Positions 60,701-64,000 of a stretch of DNA of 64,000 bases are shown here, in pieces. The position numbers and the translations under genes are program-made. Every line of letters starts with the position of its first letter. The stretch's first letter is position 1. The notes beneath the pieces were generated by a model, which was given only the letters and a program-made list of their open reading frames with translations, made no database searches and was not told the DNA's origin. This DNA is from Stegostoma tigrinum (Eukaryota). The stretch spans positions 21,102,629 to 21,166,628 of the forward strand of contig NC_081391.1 in NCBI RefSeq assembly GCF_030684315.1, in the 5' to 3' direction.

Positions 60701-62773
60701 ATGGGGTCAATAATGTGTATGTTGTACATGGTGACATAATGCTAGTAACTTGGTTGTGCTCTGTGCAAATTAAAATAGTGTTCACCATGCAACTGAGTAC
60801 TTTGCATAATTTCACAGCTGCTTCTGGCTCTTGGTATTGCTGTTTGACACCTGATCATGAAGTGTTTTTCTGTTCTGATTAACCTTTGATTCAATGCCTG
60901 CCCCACTGGCTTGCTCCTTTTCTCTTGTTTGTAGGAATTAGGTGGGCAATCCTTGTAGTGGAAATTCCACAAGTGTTCAGTTTGGGTTTTTTTGGCTAGT
61001 AAGCAGTGTTGTATTGACTTCTTTATTCCAAACCAGCTTCTGGTCAATATCTTCAGTGAAACCAGCCCCCTGTCTCAATGTTAGACACTGCCCTTGCAAA
61101 TGTTTAGGTCTCTTTTGTAAATCAGCAGGGGCAGGAAATAGCAAGTTTGGGGAGCATCTGTGGAGAGAAAACTGTTCAGTCCCAGGACCCAAGCTTTCCA
61201 GCAATTTTGTTGTCGCACTTCAAATCTAATGATTTGAGCATACATTCACTCTTTTTGGAACAGGAATATATATAGCAGAACATCCAGCATTTCAGATGCA
61301 CTGATCTTTAGCATTTAGATAAGCAATTGTGTCCAGATGTGGGAAATTGGTTTCTCTCTTTTGCTGCGGTGGTGGAAGGAGTGAGGGCAGTGGCTGTTTG
61401 TAGGAGAATGGCAAAGTTTATTTTCTTGTGTATCAGTCTCTCTGCTTCTAGACAATGATCCTGATTACGTAATGAAGCAGTCCCCACCTTCGAGCCCCTG
61501 TGCTAGAACTTCATCACTTCTCTGCAGTCTAAGGACGCCAAATGCTCATGACACCAGGAGAAAATAAAGCTCGAACCCAAATGCCACTGGCAGAAAGCAG
61601 CAGTTCCTATTCTTAGCAAGGAAATAAGCTCTCCTGATGTAGATTGACTGACTGGAATGTACCTACACCTGCAGAGCACTCTGGCTGCCGAATTACTGAT
61701 GCTCAGGGGTGACAGATTCCTTTATAAAAAGGATGAGGATGTCTCTGAGCTGACACCATTTATCCATTTCCGATTGCCCCCCGCCAAAGCCAGGTCAGAG
61801 TGTCACGCTTTGCTGTGGTTGCAGTGTCATATGCAGGCCAGACTAAGTAAGGATGCATTTTTGACACTGAATTTAATGCTACTCATCAGTTTCTTAATTC
61901 TAGAACTCGAGAGTTGTTGCACAGAATTAGAAGATCAGTCCACCACTCCAGAAATGTGATGGCCTCCCGCTCCCACCAGCCACGAGATTCATTCTTTGCA
62001 CCACTGACACACACAGAGTACACTGTGTACTGCCTCCCAAAAGCTGCAGAAATCCACCATCGCTCCTGAGACAATACTTTCCATAGCCCTAATTACGTGC
62101 CATGGGAGAAAAGCATCTGATACAGGGGAACACCACCCCCTCTAACTACTCCACCAAGCGACATGCCATCCTGAGTTGGAAACGTGACCCGCCATGCTCC
62201 AGGGTCGGTGGATCAGAATCCTGGAATTCCCTCACTCAGAACATTATGGATCTGACGACAGCAAATAGGCAACAGCAATTCAAGAAGGAAAGCCACCACA
62301 TTCTCTCATGGTGAGCCTGATCTCAGACCGGGTCCAATACCTCGGGATGGGCCTTCTTTTGTGAAATTGTCAAGTCCTAGTTCAACCCCATCTGGAGTGC
62401 ACTGTTCCAGTAGGTTCAATCCAAAGATGCTTATGCACAGAATTTCTGGAATGAACCTGGGCAGAAAGTTAATTGGCTACGATGATAATAGTTTTCCCAA
62501 GTCTCTCGGTGTAGAAGTGGAAGGGATGTCTGTGCTTGAAATTTACAAGTGGATTCATGGATTTGATAGGGTAGATAGAGAGATCCTGCTTCTTTTCAAT
62601 TCCATTCCAGGACCGAGAGTGGGGAATATGATTACATTCCTAGTAGTAGAAGTAAATCATCCATGATAAAGCAAAAAACAGCTGCTTTTTGGAAAGGATA
62701 ATATGTGAATGAGCAGTTAGATATTTATTCGGTAGGATATTGATGTTGCCAATCACTTTCCCATTGCAACATA

Positions 62774-63935
62774 TGACCAAACAGGTAGATGAGAGAAAAC
62801 CGGTTGATGTGGTGTATATGGATTTCGGCAAGGCTTTCGATTAGGCTATTGTACAAAATACGGAGGAATGGGATTGTGGGAGATATAGCAGTTTGGATCA
62901 GAAATTGGCTTGCTGAAAGAAGACAGCGTGGTGGTTGATGGGAAATGTTCATCCTAGAGACCGGTTACTCGCGGTGTACCGCAAGGGTCGGTGCTGGGTC
63001 CACTGCTGTTTGTCATTTTTATAAACGTAGAAGGATGGGTTAGTAAATTTGCAGACGACACGAAGGTCGGTGGAGATGTGGATAGTGACGAAGAATGTTG
63101 TAGGTTACAGAGAGACGTAGATAAGTTGCAGAGCTGGGCTGAGAGGTGGCAAACGGAGGTTAATGCGGACAAGTGTGAGGTGTTGTACTTTGGTAGGAGG
63201 AACCGGAAGGCAAAGTACTGTAAGATTCTTGGTAGTGTAGATGAGCAGAGAGATCTCGGTGACCATGTACACAGATCCTTGAAAGTTGCCACCCAGGTTG
63301 ACAGGGTTGTTAAGAAGGCATACAGTGTTTTAGCTTTTATGAATCCAGGGATCATGTTCCGGAACCAAGAGGTTATGCTGCAGCTGTACAAAACTCTGGT
63401 GCGGCCGCACTTGGAGCATTGCGTACAATTCTGGTCACCGCATTATAAGAAGGATGTGGAAGTTTTGGAAAGGGTGCAGAGGAGGTTTACTAGGATGTTG
63501 CCTGGTATGGAGGGAAAGTCTTACGAGGAAAGGCTGAGGGACTTGAGGCTGTTCTCGTTAGAGAGAAGAAGGTTGAGAGGTGACTTAATTGAGACATATA
63601 AGATAATCAAAGGGTTAGACAGGTTGGATAGGGAGAGCCTTTTCCCTAGGACGGAAACGGCGAGCACGAGGGGGCATAGCTTTAAATTGAGGGGTGAAAG
63701 ATATAGGACAGATGTCAGAGGTAGTTGCTTTACTCAGAGAATAGGAAGGGTATGGAACGCTTTGCCTACAACGGTCGTAGATTCACCAACTTTAAGTACA
63801 TTTAAGTCGTCATTGGACAAGCATATGGACGTACGTGGAATAGTGTTGGTTAGATGAGCTTCAGATCGGTATGACAGGTCGGCACAACGTCAGGGCCGAA
63901 GGGCCTGTACTGTGCTGTAATGTTCTATGTTCTAT
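62774..63935 (+). mobile_element. Segmental-duplication copy of the 24688 CR1 fragment
   Basis: Same TSD and flanks; nearly identical to 24688-25849. Confidence 0.92.
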
Positions 63936-64000
63936 AACATAAAAGATTAATGCATTTTGGTTGAGAAACATAGAAAGACAAAACAGGCTCGATGTTACAA

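Overview
Eukaryotic (vertebrate) DNA, most likely from a shark, judged from its repeat families. The whole window is a head-to-tail tandem array of nine 4-exon ferritin genes on the + strand, spaced about 6-10 kb apart. Six copies are intact (173 aa) and three are pseudogenes. The proteins have a complete H-type ferroxidase centre but an L/M-like C-terminal half, and no iron-responsive element is visible in any 5' UTR. The spacers are built from old LINE/SINE/RTE/Penelope relics plus three younger CR1 insertion events, one of which is a full-length 4.5-kb CR1. Main points of interest: (i) a tandem -1 slippery site joining CR1 ORF1 to an ATG-less ORF2; (ii) a 220-bp monomer promoter at the CR1 5' end; (iii) a 298-bp inverted templated insertion marking a ~12-kb deletion junction that created chimeric copy 3; (iv) two independent CR1 insertions truncated at almost the same nucleotide. 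Exon coordinates were read by hand; repeat family names come from recognition, not database search.
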